Assembly (NCBI GenBank): GCA_002773415.1
Contig: PFBD01000020.1
Coordinates: 25,667 to 89,666 of the forward strand
Direction of reading: 5' to 3'
DNA: 64,000 nt
From: Candidatus Harrisonbacteria bacterium CG10_big_fil_rev_8_21_14_0_10_49_15
GTDB taxonomy: Bacteria > Patescibacteriota > Minisyncoccia > UBA6257 > 1-14-0-10-44-23
Below are positions 9,466 through 18,303 of the stretch, in pieces (the stretch's first letter is position 1; each line of letters opens with the position of its first letter). The notes under the pieces were generated by a model. The model was given only the letters and a program-made list of their open reading frames with translations, had not been told where the DNA came from and did not search any database. Made by a program: the position numbers and the translations under genes.

Positions 9466-10494
9466 ATGGAGAAGAAAGAAACTAGAAACTCGAATATAGA
9501 AACTGGAATAGCTGCCCGGGCTGCGATTTTGATTCTATTTTCTAGTTTTTATTTTCTAGTTTCTGCGCCTTTGGCGCATGCGCAGGAGTATGGTTTTTTG
9601 GAGCGGAATATTTGGTTTTCACAGGAGCTGCTTTTTGCCGGTGAGACAGTGCGGATCTACACAGTTGTTTTTAATGGTAGCGAAGAGGATGTTACCGGTA
9701 CTGTTGAGTTTTATGATCAGGCGGAGAAGCTCGGCGAAGCCAAGTTTTCTTTGGCAAAAGGAGAGCAGTTGCGCGATGTTTGGATAGATTGGTTGGCGAA
9801 AGAGGGCGAGCATGCAATTACCGCTCGCATAAATGGTGCTAGCTCAGCAATTTTGACTAAGGTCGTGGATGGCGATCGGGATGGTGATAAGATTGGCGAT
9901 AGGGAAGATCTGGATAATGATAATGATGGTATCTCTGATGCTCAAGAAAAAAAAGACGGCACAGATCCTTTTAAGGCGGATACAGATGGTGATGGTCTTA
10001 ACGACTTGGAAGATCCGGCACCACTTGTTTTTAATCTAAAAGAGGAAAAACAGGAACAAGTACAAAAAGAAGAAAAGCCGACTTTAAAAGATACGGCGGA
10101 GGTGGCAACTGCGAATGTTCTTGGGGTAATGGAGGGTTTTCGGGAGCGATACGAACAGGGGCTAGAAGATAAAAAACAGGAACTGCGGGGCGAGCTCGAT
10201 GCGTATAAAGAGGAGGATGCCTTGGCTCGGCAGGAGCAGTCAAATAGTCGCAATACTTCCGGTCAACGTCTTAATGAGGCGGCCGGAGAGGAGTTTGTGC
10301 GTTTGACTGACAGTGAAGATGGCCTGCCAAAGTTGTCCGGGGCGAGGATTGTTAAATTTTTGTATTACGGAGTTGTCTCTGTTGGATTGTTTATTTTTGA
10401 ACACAAGCCTGTGTTCTACGCGGTGCTGGGGTTGATATTCCTGAAGTTCATCTTTATTATCATCGGCAAATTTCGCAAGAAACGCTACGGGTAA
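9466..10494 (+). CDS. Surface protein with Ig-like domain, Ca-binding DxDGDG repeats and C-terminal TM
   Basis: AxA signal peptide, DGDRDGD/DNDNDG/DTDGDG repeats, C-terminal TM plus basic tail. Confidence 0.8.
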   Translation: MEKKETRNSNIETGIAARAAILILFSSFYFLVSAPLAHAQEYGFLERNIWFSQELLFAGETVRIYTVVFNGSEEDVTGTVEFYDQAEKLGEAKFSLAKGEQLRDVWIDWLAKEGEHAITARINGASSAILTKVVDGDRDGDKIGDREDLDNDNDGISDAQEKKDGTDPFKADTDGDGLNDLEDPAPLVFNLKEEKQEQVQKEEKPTLKDTAEVATANVLGVMEGFRERYEQGLEDKKQELRGELDAYKEEDALARQEQSNSRNTSGQRLNEAAGEEFVRLTDSEDGLPKLSGARIVKFLYYGVVSVGLFIFEHKPVFYAVLGLIFLKFIFIIIGKFRKKRYG

Positions 10495-10560
10495 CATCAG
10501 ACGAATTACGAATTGGTTACGAATTTACGAATCAGGTCTTTTCCGCTACGCTAGAGCGAT

Positions 10561-11643
10561 ATGAACAGAGGGTTTTGGAGTGAATTAAAGAAGCCAATAA
10601 TGGTGCTGGCGCCGATGGCGAATGTCACGGATGCGGCTTTTCGGCGCATTATTGCCAAGTACGGTAAACCGGATGTTTTTTGGACAGAGTTTGTTTCGGT
10701 AGAGGGATTGTTGTCGGTAGGTCGGGAGAAGTTGCTGATAGATTTTTGGCATACAAAAGAGGAGAAACCGATTGTGGCGCAGATTTTCGGTGGGAAACCG
10801 GAGCAGTTTTACGAAGTGGCCAAGCTTTGCGTGGAGTTGGGTTTTGATGGGATTGATATCAATATGGGTTGCCCGGATAAGGGTGTAGAGAAAAGCGGCG
10901 GCGGCGCGGCTTTAATAAAAGATCCGGCGCGTGCGCAAGAGATAATTTTGGCGATTAAGGGCGGCGTGAGAGACGTGGGTAGTGCCATCCCTGTCTCGGT
11001 TAAAACTCGGCTGGGCTATAACAAAAATGAGCTGGAAACTTGGGTACAGGCGCTTTTAAAAGCTGAGCCGGCGGTGATAACCATGCACTTGCGCACGCGC
11101 AAAGAGATGAGCAAGGTTCCGGCGCACTGGGATCAGATGCGAACGATGGTGGAACTCGTTACACGTTATACGAATCGTGATACACGGCCATTGCTTTTTG
11201 GGAATGGTGATGTGATGAGCGTTGAGGAGGCGCGGATGAAAGTTGCGGAAACTGGCGCAGATGGAGTGATGCTTGGCAGGGCTATTTTTGGTAACCCCTG
11301 GTTATTCGCGAAAGATCCTTACTCCAATGTTCTTGAGAACATTGGAGTAAGTGAAAGGCTGCAAGTGATGGTAGAGCACACCAAGCTTTTTGAGGAGTTG
11401 TATGGATTGAATTCCTCCTTTTCTAAAGGAGGTGGCCGAAGGCCGGAGGATTTAAATCCCTCCCGGTTGCGCCGGACTCCCTTTACAAAAGGGAGAATTA
11501 AGCCGTTTGATCTTATGAAAAAGCACTATAAGGCGTATTGTAACGGGTTCGATGGCGCGAAAGAGTTGCGAGTGAAGTTAATGGAAGCGGAAACCGCGGC
11601 GGAGGTAGAGGAGTTGGTGAGCTTGTTTTTGAAAAAGAGCTAG
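10561..11643 (+). CDS. dus: tRNA-dihydrouridine synthase
   Basis: LAPMANVTD, IDINMGCP, SVKTRLG, GNGDV, GVMLGRA; two in-frame palindromic inserts. Confidence 0.95.
   Translation: MNRGFWSELKKPIMVLAPMANVTDAAFRRIIAKYGKPDVFWTEFVSVEGLLSVGREKLLIDFWHTKEEKPIVAQIFGGKPEQFYEVAKLCVELGFDGIDINMGCPDKGVEKSGGGAALIKDPARAQEIILAIKGGVRDVGSAIPVSVKTRLGYNKNELETWVQALLKAEPAVITMHLRTRKEMSKVPAHWDQMRTMVELVTRYTNRDTRPLLFGNGDVMSVEEARMKVAETGADGVMLGRAIFGNPWLFAKDPYSNVLENIGVSERLQVMVEHTKLFEELYGLNSSFSKGGGRRPEDLNPSRLRRTPFTKGRIKPFDLMKKHYKAYCNGFDGAKELRVKLMEAETAAEVEELVSLFLKKS
11318..11351. repeat. Solo 34-bp palindrome, in frame in dus
   Basis: cttactccaatgttct-tg-agaacattggagtaag (encodes PYSNVLENIGV). Confidence 0.85.
11410..11499. 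repeat. Family A REP-like doublet, in frame in dus
   Basis: Encodes SSFSKGGGRRPEDLNPSRLRRTPFTKGR. Confidence 0.9.
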
Positions 11644-11650
11644 GTGCGAA

Positions 11651-11850
11651 TCGGACCCGCGCGACGCTGTGCGTTGCGCGGGTCCGTAGTCCTTGTCCGG
11701 GCCTTTAGTGGGCCCGGACCGGAGACGATTCACCCGAGTTCGGCACGGGTGAGTCCGAGGAGTGTAGTAGCAGGCAAAGCCCTCCTACTACAACCACAAT
11801 CGTCCAGAACCAGACGAGCAGCTTCATATACATCTGGCCGTCTCTGGACT
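11651..11850 (-). other. Run of GC-rich hairpins (structured 3' UTR or ncRNA plus terminator)
   Basis: About five consecutive inverted repeats, e.g. cggacccgcgcgacgc..gcgttgcgcgggtccg and gtccgggcc..gggcccggac. Confidence 0.45.
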
Positions 11851-11879
11851 CTTCTGTCGTCATCTAGTTCTCCTTGGGG

Positions 11880-12089
11880 CTAGGCGAACTCGAGTCCGGC
11901 CTCAAGTTCCTCCCAGGACATCGACCCCCCTGACTCTTCGTCTCGGGGGTCGGCCTCCTTTACGGGTCGACCGGCCGGCCGCCCGGTGGGGGCGGAGTAG
12001 CGGCGGTCCGTTCTGGGATGGGGCTTCGAGTCCAGGATCCCGCTTGGTGTTCTCGGCTCTCGTACGGTGGCGCGTTGTGTTCGGGCCAA
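11880..12089 (-). CDS. 69-aa GC-rich orphan protein
   Basis: GAGGAG SD plus TTG start (MARTQRATVREP...WEELEAGLEFA); TTGACT-17-TATAAA promoter at 12138-12166. Confidence 0.55.
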   Translation of the reverse strand: MARTQRATVREPRTPSGILDSKPHPRTDRRYSAPTGRPAGRPVKEADPRDEESGGSMSWEELEAGLEFA

Positions 12090-12206
12090 GGTACCCTCCT
12101 CTTCTTTTTGCCAGCTGATGTAGCCGGCACCTTTCTTTTTATAGCGCTTGCATAAGGAATAGTCAAATAGCCAGTTCATTTTAGATAGTGGTACACTGGG
12201 TAATAT

Positions 12207-15200
12207 ATGCAATTTGAGCAAGAACTAAAAAGATTAAATCTGGCTCAGCGGCTGGCGGTGGAAACCATTGAAGGGCCGGTGATGGTCATTGCCGGGCCAG
12301 GTACGGGTAAGACGCAGATCTTGACGCTGAGAATTGCGAATATTTTGGCTACGACGGACACTGAGCCGGAGAATATCTTGGCCATCACCTTTACGGAGAG
12401 CGGTGTTGCGGCGATGCGCAAGCGTTTGGCGAGCATTATCGGAGCGCCGGCGTATCGTGTATGCATCACGACGTTTCACGCGTTTTGTAATTCGATAATC
12501 CAGGAGCACGCGGAGAGCTTTCCGCGAGTAATCGGCAGTACGGCGATGACTGAGGTGGATCAAGTTCTAGTTCTTCAGTCACTAGTCACTAGTCTTAAGT
12601 TAAAGGCCTTAAGGCCTTTTGGCAACCCTTTCCATTATCTGAAGGATATTTTAAATGCGATAAACGAGATGAAGAGGGAAAATGTCAGCCCGGAGAAGTT
12701 TGCCAAGATTGTGGCCGAGGAAGAGGCAGTTTATGAGCGACTTGATGAGAGCGAGACGCATCACCAAAAAGGCGCGCATCAAGGGAAAAAGAAGTTGGAG
12801 TATGTAAAAAAAGAAAAGCAGATAGCGAAGAGCAAAGAGTTGAGTGCTGTATATTCTCAATATCAAGACGAACTAGGCAAGCAAAAGCGCTATGACTACA
12901 CGGACATGATCATGGAGGTGGTGCGGGCGCTTGAGCAAGACAAGGATCTTTTATATGAGTTGCAGGAGCAGTATCAGTATGTGTTGGTGGATGAGCATCA
13001 GGATACGAATAACGCGCAGAACAAGTTGTTGGAGTTACTGCTAAGCTTTCACGATAATCCAAATTTGTTTGTGGTGGGGGATGCGAAGCAGGCTATTTTT
13101 CGTTTTCAGGGGGCGAGTTTGGAAAACTTTTTGTATTTTAAGAATTTGTATCCCGAGGCAAAGCTTATTGAGCTGGAGCATAACTATCGAAGTACTCAGA
13201 CTATTTTGGATTCGGCGCATGGTGTTCTACCAAGTCCAAAGCCGCTTCAAGCTCAGGCTCAGCATCCAAAGAAGCAGATTCTTTTGGCAGAGCTGACTAG
13301 CCCAGACGCGGAGCTGTATTGTGTCGCAAAACATATTCAAGAGCGAATTTCCGCTGGAGCAGCTAGAGAGGAAATAGCTGTTTTGTATCGGGACAACAAA
13401 GATGTTTTGGGGGTAGCTAAGATGCTGGAGCGGTTGGAGGTGCCGTTTGTGATTGAGTCTAACCAGAATTTGTTTGAAGATAAAGAAGTAAAAAAACTGC
13501 TTGGTTTGTTATACGCGACTCACCATCTTGGTAATCAGGAGTTGTTGACCGCCCTGTTGCATACGGATTTTTTGAACATTGATCCGCTGGACGCGTACAA
13601 GCTCGTTATTTTTGTAACCAGAAAAAAGAATGCGGAAAAAGGAAGGAGGTTGGGATTGTATGATGTGCTGCGGTCAGAAAAACTACTGAGCGCCGCGGGG
13701 GTGGGAGATCCAAAACCGTTTTTGGAGCTGTACGCGAAGTTGGCAGGCTGGCGAAAGTTGAGCGAGTACTCGAACGTGGCCGAGGTGTTTGAAGTAGTTG
13801 TGCGCGAGAGCGGCTTGTTGGCACATATTCTGGCGCTACCAAATGCGGTCGAGGCGCTGGCGAAGATCAATACTTTGTTTGACGAGGCAAAGAAGTTGCT
13901 GGAGGCTCACCCGCGCTACTCTTTGGCGCAGTTTGTGGAGTACTTGGATATGCTGCGCGAGCACGATCTACTAGTGAAAAACACCCGGCCCGGACGAGTG
14001 AGCCACGCGGTGCGGCTAATGACCGCGCACGGCTCTAAAGGTCAGGAGTTTGAGTATGTGTATATCGTCAATGCTTTTGACGGGCACTGGGGGAATAAGC
14101 GGCGGATAGAGAAGTTGAAGCTGCCAGTTGGTGTTTATACTCTAGGAGGATCCCTCCCGGCTACGCCGGACTCCCTTTACAAAATGGAGAATAATTCCTC
14201 CTTTACTAAAGGAGGTGGCCGTAGGCCGGAGGATTTTTTCAAGGATGACAAAGATGACAAAAACGCCGACGAACGAAATCTTTTTTATGTGGCGTTGACG
14301 CGGGCCAAGCGGGAGATTGTTATTTCGTACGCGCAGGCGCGCGCGGATGGTAAAGAGCAGTTGCCGAGTCAGTTTGTGGCAGAGATACCAGAGGGGTTGC
14401 TGGAAAAAATGGATGTGAGCGGTTATGAACGAGAGCTTAGCGAGCGACAGGAAATCGTTTGGACAGGACCCTCCTTCGCTAAAGCTACGGAAGGGCAAGG
14501 TAGGGTGGCGGAAAAAGAATTTGTGCGCGAATTATTTTTGGAGCGGGGACTAGCCGTTACGGCACTCAATAATTATCTGACCTGCCCGTGGCAGTGGTTT
14601 TATTCAAATCTGTTGCGTGTGCCCGAAGCGCAAAATAAGCATCTGTTGTATGGCACGGCGATTCACGCGGCGTTAAAAGATTTTCATGATTGGCGTCAGG
14701 CAGATAATAAAAAGGGGAAGGCCGAGGAGTTTTTGATTGGGGCTTTTGAAAATGCATTAACGCGACTCCCCTTTTCGGAGCGTGATTTAGCAGAGACTTT
14801 GGAAAAGGGTAAGCTGGCTTTAGCCGGATATTATGAGGAGTATAAAAAAACATGGAACTCTCCCCTGCTTTCAGAATTTGCCGTGGCCGGCGTGCATGTG
14901 CCGGTTAGTGGTGTAAAGGATGTTAAGGAGTTGCGTTTGACCGGAAAACTAGACGCGGTGGAGGTGTTAGCGAACGGGCGAGATGTAAGCGTGATAGATT
15001 ACAAAACCGGCAAGCCCAAGAGCCGGAACGAGCTTATGGGTAAGACAAAGAGTGCGGACGGAAACTACTACCGGCAGTTGGTTTTTTACAAATTATTGTT
15101 GGATAATTATCCAAGCGCCGGGAAGAAGAAGTATGAAATGGTCTCCGGCGTGATTGACTTCATAGAACCAAATGACCGCGGGAAGTACATTCGCGAGGAG

Positions 15201-15344
15201 TTTGAGATAGCTGACACCGAGGTGGAAGAGCTGCGAAGCCTTATCCAAGCCAAGGCCAAAGAGATTTTGAATCTGGACTTTTGGGACAACCGCTGCGACG
15301 CTCAGGATTGTCGCTACTGCGAATTAAGGAGCTTTATGAGATAA
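12207..15344 (+). CDS. UvrD/PcrA-family helicase fused to a PD-(D/E)XK nuclease (AdnB/AddA-like)
   Basis: AGPGTGKT, VDEHQD, NYRS, TAHGSKGQEF, YVALTRA; C-terminal GKLD..IDYKTG and Cys cluster. Confidence 0.93.
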   Translation: MQFEQELKRLNLAQRLAVETIEGPVMVIAGPGTGKTQILTLRIANILATTDTEPENILAITFTESGVAAMRKRLASIIGAPAYRVCITTFHAFCNSIIQEHAESFPRVIGSTAMTEVDQVLVLQSLVTSLKLKALRPFGNPFHYLKDILNAINEMKRENVSPEKFAKIVAEEEAVYERLDESETHHQKGAHQGKKKLEYVKKEKQIAKSKELSAVYSQYQDELGKQKRYDYTDMIMEVVRALEQDKDLLYELQEQYQYVLVDEHQDTNNAQNKLLELLLSFHDNPNLFVVGDAKQAIFRFQGASLENFLYFKNLYPEAKLIELEHNYRSTQTILDSAHGVLPSPKPLQAQAQHPKKQILLAELTSPDAELYCVAKHIQERISAGAAREEIAVLYRDNKDVLGVAKMLERLEVPFVIESNQNLFEDKEVKKLLGLLYATHHLGNQELLTALLHTDFLNIDPLDAYKLVIFVTRKKNAEKGRRLGLYDVLRSEKLLSAAGVGDPKPFLELYAKLAGWRKLSEYSNVAEVFEVVVRESGLLAHILALPNAVEALAKINTLFDEAKKLLEAHPRYSLAQFVEYLDMLREHDLLVKNTRPGRVSHAVRLMTAHGSKGQEFEYVYIVNAFDGHWGNKRRIEKLKLPVGVYTLGGSLPATPDSLYKMENNSSFTKGGGRRPEDFFKDDKDDKNADERNLFYVALTRAKREIVISYAQARADGKEQLPSQFVAEIPEGLLEKMDVSGYERELSERQEIVWTGPSFAKATEGQGRVAEKEFVRELFLERGLAVTALNNYLTCPWQWFYSNLLRVPEAQNKHLLYGTAIHAALKDFHDWRQADNKKGKAEEFLIGAFENALTRLPFSERDLAETLEKGKLALAGYYEEYKKTWNSPLLSEFAVAGVHVPVSGVKDVKELRLTGKLDAVEVLANGRDVSVIDYKTGKPKSRNELMGKTKSADGNYYRQLVFYKLLLDNYPSAGKKKYEMVSGVIDFIEPNDRGKYIREEFEIADTEVEELRSLIQAKAKEILNLDFWDNRCDAQDCRYCELRSFMR
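14150..14239. repeat. Family A REP-like doublet, in frame in the helicase
   Basis: Encodes SLPATPDSLYKMENNSSFTKGGGRRPEDFF. Confidence 0.9.
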
Positions 15345-15345
15345 A

Positions 15346-15867
15346 ATGGAGAATTTGCTAGATATTGTAAACGAACAAGACGAGGTGATAGGGCGGGCGA
15401 CTGCTCAGGAGATCCATGCGAAGTTGCTGCATCATCGAGTGGCGGCAGTGTTTGTGTTTTGCGGAGATAAGCTGTTGGTGCAACAGCGGGCAAGGGTGAA
15501 AGATGGACTGCTGGATCACTCGGTTGGTGGCCACGTGGATGCCGGCGAGTTTTATGAAAAGGCGGCAGCACGGGAGATGCAAGAAGAGATCGGGCTAGAG
15601 GTGTCTTTACAGTTTGTTGGTCGAGTACCAGGTGCTGACAGAAGGAATCATGTTTTGAGTTTATTTGAAGTTGAGATTGACAATGTTCAGTTTGAATCCC
15701 TGGAAATTGATATGCGGGAGATGGAGGAGTTAATCCCGATGACTCTGGAAGAGGTGTCACAAAAGATGAACGAGAATCCGGCGGCATTTACGGACGGGTT
15801 TTTGAGTACGTTTAATTTTTATGTTACCAAGAAGGGGCTGTCGATCCCTCTGGTACCAAGAAAATAA
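15346..15867 (+). CDS. NUDIX hydrolase (IDI-like)
   Basis: GGHVDAGE..AAAREMQEEIG Nudix box. Confidence 0.9.
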   Translation: MENLLDIVNEQDEVIGRATAQEIHAKLLHHRVAAVFVFCGDKLLVQQRARVKDGLLDHSVGGHVDAGEFYEKAAAREMQEEIGLEVSLQFVGRVPGADRRNHVLSLFEVEIDNVQFESLEIDMREMEELIPMTLEEVSQKMNENPAAFTDGFLSTFNFYVTKKGLSIPLVPRK

Positions 15868-15876
15868 ACGTACTAA

Positions 15877-15910
15877 CCTATTTCACAATTTGGTTAAATT
15901 GTGAAATAGG
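15877..15910. repeat. 34-bp palindrome, left end of wHTH cassette 1
   Basis: cctatttcacaattt-ggtt-aaattgtgaaatagg. Confidence 0.95.
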
Positions 15911-15923
15911 GTATACTGGGATC

Positions 15924-16202
15924 ATGAACAATAAGGAGTGGGTGAGAGTGTTTAAGGCGTTGGCGAATCCGAATCGTTTGATGATCATTCGGATGCTAGC
16001 CGATGGTCGCGAGCGGCACGTGACTACCATCTCCTCGGAGATCCATGTGACTATGTCGGGAACATCACGACATCTACGGCAACTTACGAATTTAGACATT
16101 CTGCTTGAGTCGGGGAAGGCGAATCATGTTTTTTATTCGCTCAATCCGAGTATGCTGCCGGAAACGAAAAAGGCGGTTGAGCTGTTTTTAAAGTCGCACT
16201 AG
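15924..16202 (+). CDS. ArsR-like winged-helix protein (92 aa)
   Basis: FKALANPNRLMII..SRHLRQL..VFYSL; no cysteines. Confidence 0.9.
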   Translation: MNNKEWVRVFKALANPNRLMIIRMLADGRERHVTTISSEIHVTMSGTSRHLRQLTNLDILLESGKANHVFYSLNPSMLPETKKAVELFLKSH

Positions 16203-16218
16203 TAATTTATTCTAGTTA

Positions 16219-16256
16219 AACCTATTTCACAATTTAACCAAATTGTGAAATAGGTT
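16219..16256. repeat. Palindrome, right end of wHTH cassette 1 (spacer inverted)
   Basis: aacctatttcacaattt-aacc-aaattgtgaaataggtt. Confidence 0.95.
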
Positions 16257-16275
16257 ATGGTTTTTTTATGTTGTT

Positions 16276-16319
16276 TTTAACGGCTCACGTGGATATATTT
16301 CTCCACGTGAGCCGTTAAA
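16276..16319. repeat. GGCTCAC/GTGAGCC hairpin; related copy at 51220-51262
   Basis: tttaacggctcacgtgga-N8-tccacgtgagccgttaaa. Confidence 0.75.
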
Positions 16320-16373
16320 TTTGAGCCGTTGCTAACTTGATTTTTCTCGAATTGGAACGCATGATAGAACAAT

Positions 16374-16931
16374 ATGAAACTAGTTGTATTATTTGGACCG
16401 CCGGCCGTGGGGAAGATGACGGTGGCGCAGGAGCTGGCCAAGATAACGGATATTAAGGTTTTTCATAATCACATGACCATCGACTTGCTGACCAAGTTTT
16501 TTGAGTTTGGCAGTGAGCCGTTTCGAAAACTGTCACGTACTTTTCGTCGTGGAGTGATTGAGGAGGCGGCCAAAAGCAAGGTGAGTATAGCTTTTTCTGT
16601 AGCCTGGGATTTCAGCCAGTCTAGCGATACTGAAGAGATGAGGCATATTAAGGGTTTGGTAGAGAGTAATGGTGGGAGTGTGTATTTCGTGGAGTTAGAA
16701 GCGCCGCTTGAGGTGCGGCTGGAGCGAAACACGACGCCAAACAGATTGATGCATAAAGATAAGGCGAACGTGGCGGCGACAGAGAAAAATATTAGAGAGT
16801 GGCACAAGGTGTATCAGTTGAATAGTGCGCTAGGGGAGTTTCCGTTTCCGGAGCACTACCTGCGTCTAAGTACGGAGCATATGAGCGCGGCCGAGGCGGC
16901 GGTTGAGATTAAAAAAAGATTTGGTTTTTAA
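16374..16931 (+). CDS. P-loop kinase (shikimate/nucleotide kinase-like AAA family)
   Basis: GPPAVGKMT Walker A, HNHMTID, FVELEA..RLERN. Confidence 0.85.
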   Translation: MKLVVLFGPPAVGKMTVAQELAKITDIKVFHNHMTIDLLTKFFEFGSEPFRKLSRTFRRGVIEEAAKSKVSIAFSVAWDFSQSSDTEEMRHIKGLVESNGGSVYFVELEAPLEVRLERNTTPNRLMHKDKANVAATEKNIREWHKVYQLNSALGEFPFPEHYLRLSTEHMSAAEAAVEIKKRFGF

Positions 16932-17223
16932 AATGTACAGCGCCCGCCGAGAGAAGGTCTCTCGACGGGCGCCTGATTTGCGGTCGGCGCGTTAGGCGCC
17001 GGTGATTGCGGTCTTCAGGAACTCTTGAAGACCGCCGAAGGTGGTGACGCGCTCGGGTACCGGAACGCGTATGGCGCAGGGTACGCAGATGAGAGCCCAT
17101 CCCCTGGTGCCACGTCGAGCCCAGACCTTCGCCTCACAGCCCTTGTGGTGGCCGAGGGCTGTGTTCGGTCCTGGCGAGATCAAGGCCGAGGTTGGGGTTG
17201 GGTTGTGGAAGACGAGAATTTCT

Positions 17224-18303
17224 GGCATAAGGTGGAAAAACGGTGGGCTGTTTTAGCCCTTTTTTGATTTTCGAAGCGCCGTGCTGGAGTTAAGCATAAT
17301 GAGGTGTAATATCTTTTCTTGTTGTTGCTTGGAAGCGCCCCGATGTACTCGTATCAGATCACGCACATGCGAAAAATGACCTTCTAAAGAGTTGGTGTTC
17401 TTGGGAATGGTTGGATTAGATTCGTAGGTGAAGAGATAGGGAAAGAGCTCGCGGAGCGAGCGCGCGGCTTTTCTGAGCTCCTTGTGCGTGTACGACCAGA
17501 AGCCGTCCGGATGAGTAGTGGTTTCTGAAAGAAACGAGCCATACTTTTTCCAGTATAAAGAGATGCGAAGTTGCAGTGTTTTTCGGTCAGTGGTGTGCAG
17601 GCTTTTGCCTAGAGCCAGCAGTACCTCGCCAGCCTCGGTCTTGGGGTTTCGGGTGGTGCCGCGGATGATCAACCGCTCCATGTGCACTAGGCACATCTGA
17701 AAGGGAATCTTGAAAAACGCTGATCTGATGCCGCTAAAGCCGTCTCCGGTGACCGAGAGGATGGTGTAGCCCAAGGACTCCAAAGCACCCTTGCCCTGGG
17801 CATACGCCCAGGTGGTTTCTGTGTCCGTGCAAGTCCACCACAGGTCTTCGTGAGTCTGCCCATCTCGAAACACTAAAATACACCAGCTGTCTCCGGTGGT
17901 GCGCTTGCCGAAATATAAGGCGTCCACGAGCAGATGGACAGGTCTGGGGTGGTGGATTTTCTCCGGTATGAGGTATTGAGCCATCAGCTCTCTGATGGTC
18001 TGCGGATCATGCCCGGAGGTGGTGGCTAATTGACGGACTGTCTGTTCGCCAAAGACGTACGCATACCAGAGATTTTTGCTTTCTCTGGTATGAGCGCGTT
18101 TGGAGTTTCGGAATTGCTGTTTGCAGTGGTGACAACGATATGTCTGAATGCTCCGAGCAATACCATCTTTCTTAGTTTTTAAAGAGCCACGCTTCGGACA
18201 TTTTTTTGTTTTTTTTAATCATATGAGTTAAAAAATACGGCTAAAGCCGCATGAATGCAAGGGAAAGTGGGCGAAACAGCCCACCGTTTTTCCACCTTAT
18301 GCC
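17224..18303 (-). mobile_element. Complete IS256-like insertion sequence (1080 bp)
   Basis: 30-bp perfect TIRs GGCATAAGGTGGAAAAACGGTGGGCTGTTT; 8-bp TSD GAATTTCT at 17216-17223 and 18304-18311. Confidence 0.95.
17253..18222 (-). CDS. IS256-family DDE transposase with N-terminal Zn-ribbon region; frameshifted at the 5' A-tract
   Basis: VDALYF, VTGDG, QMCLVH, TNSLEG..HRG motifs; the frame extends upstream to CPKRG..YRCHHC, but the only nearby ATG (18222) is out of frame across A8-C-A7. Confidence 0.85.

Noticed and set aside
1017-14239. Inteins or self-splicing introns as the explanation for in-frame inserts
   Set aside because: Inserts are 20-90 bp and lack intein terminal residues and group I/II core motifs.
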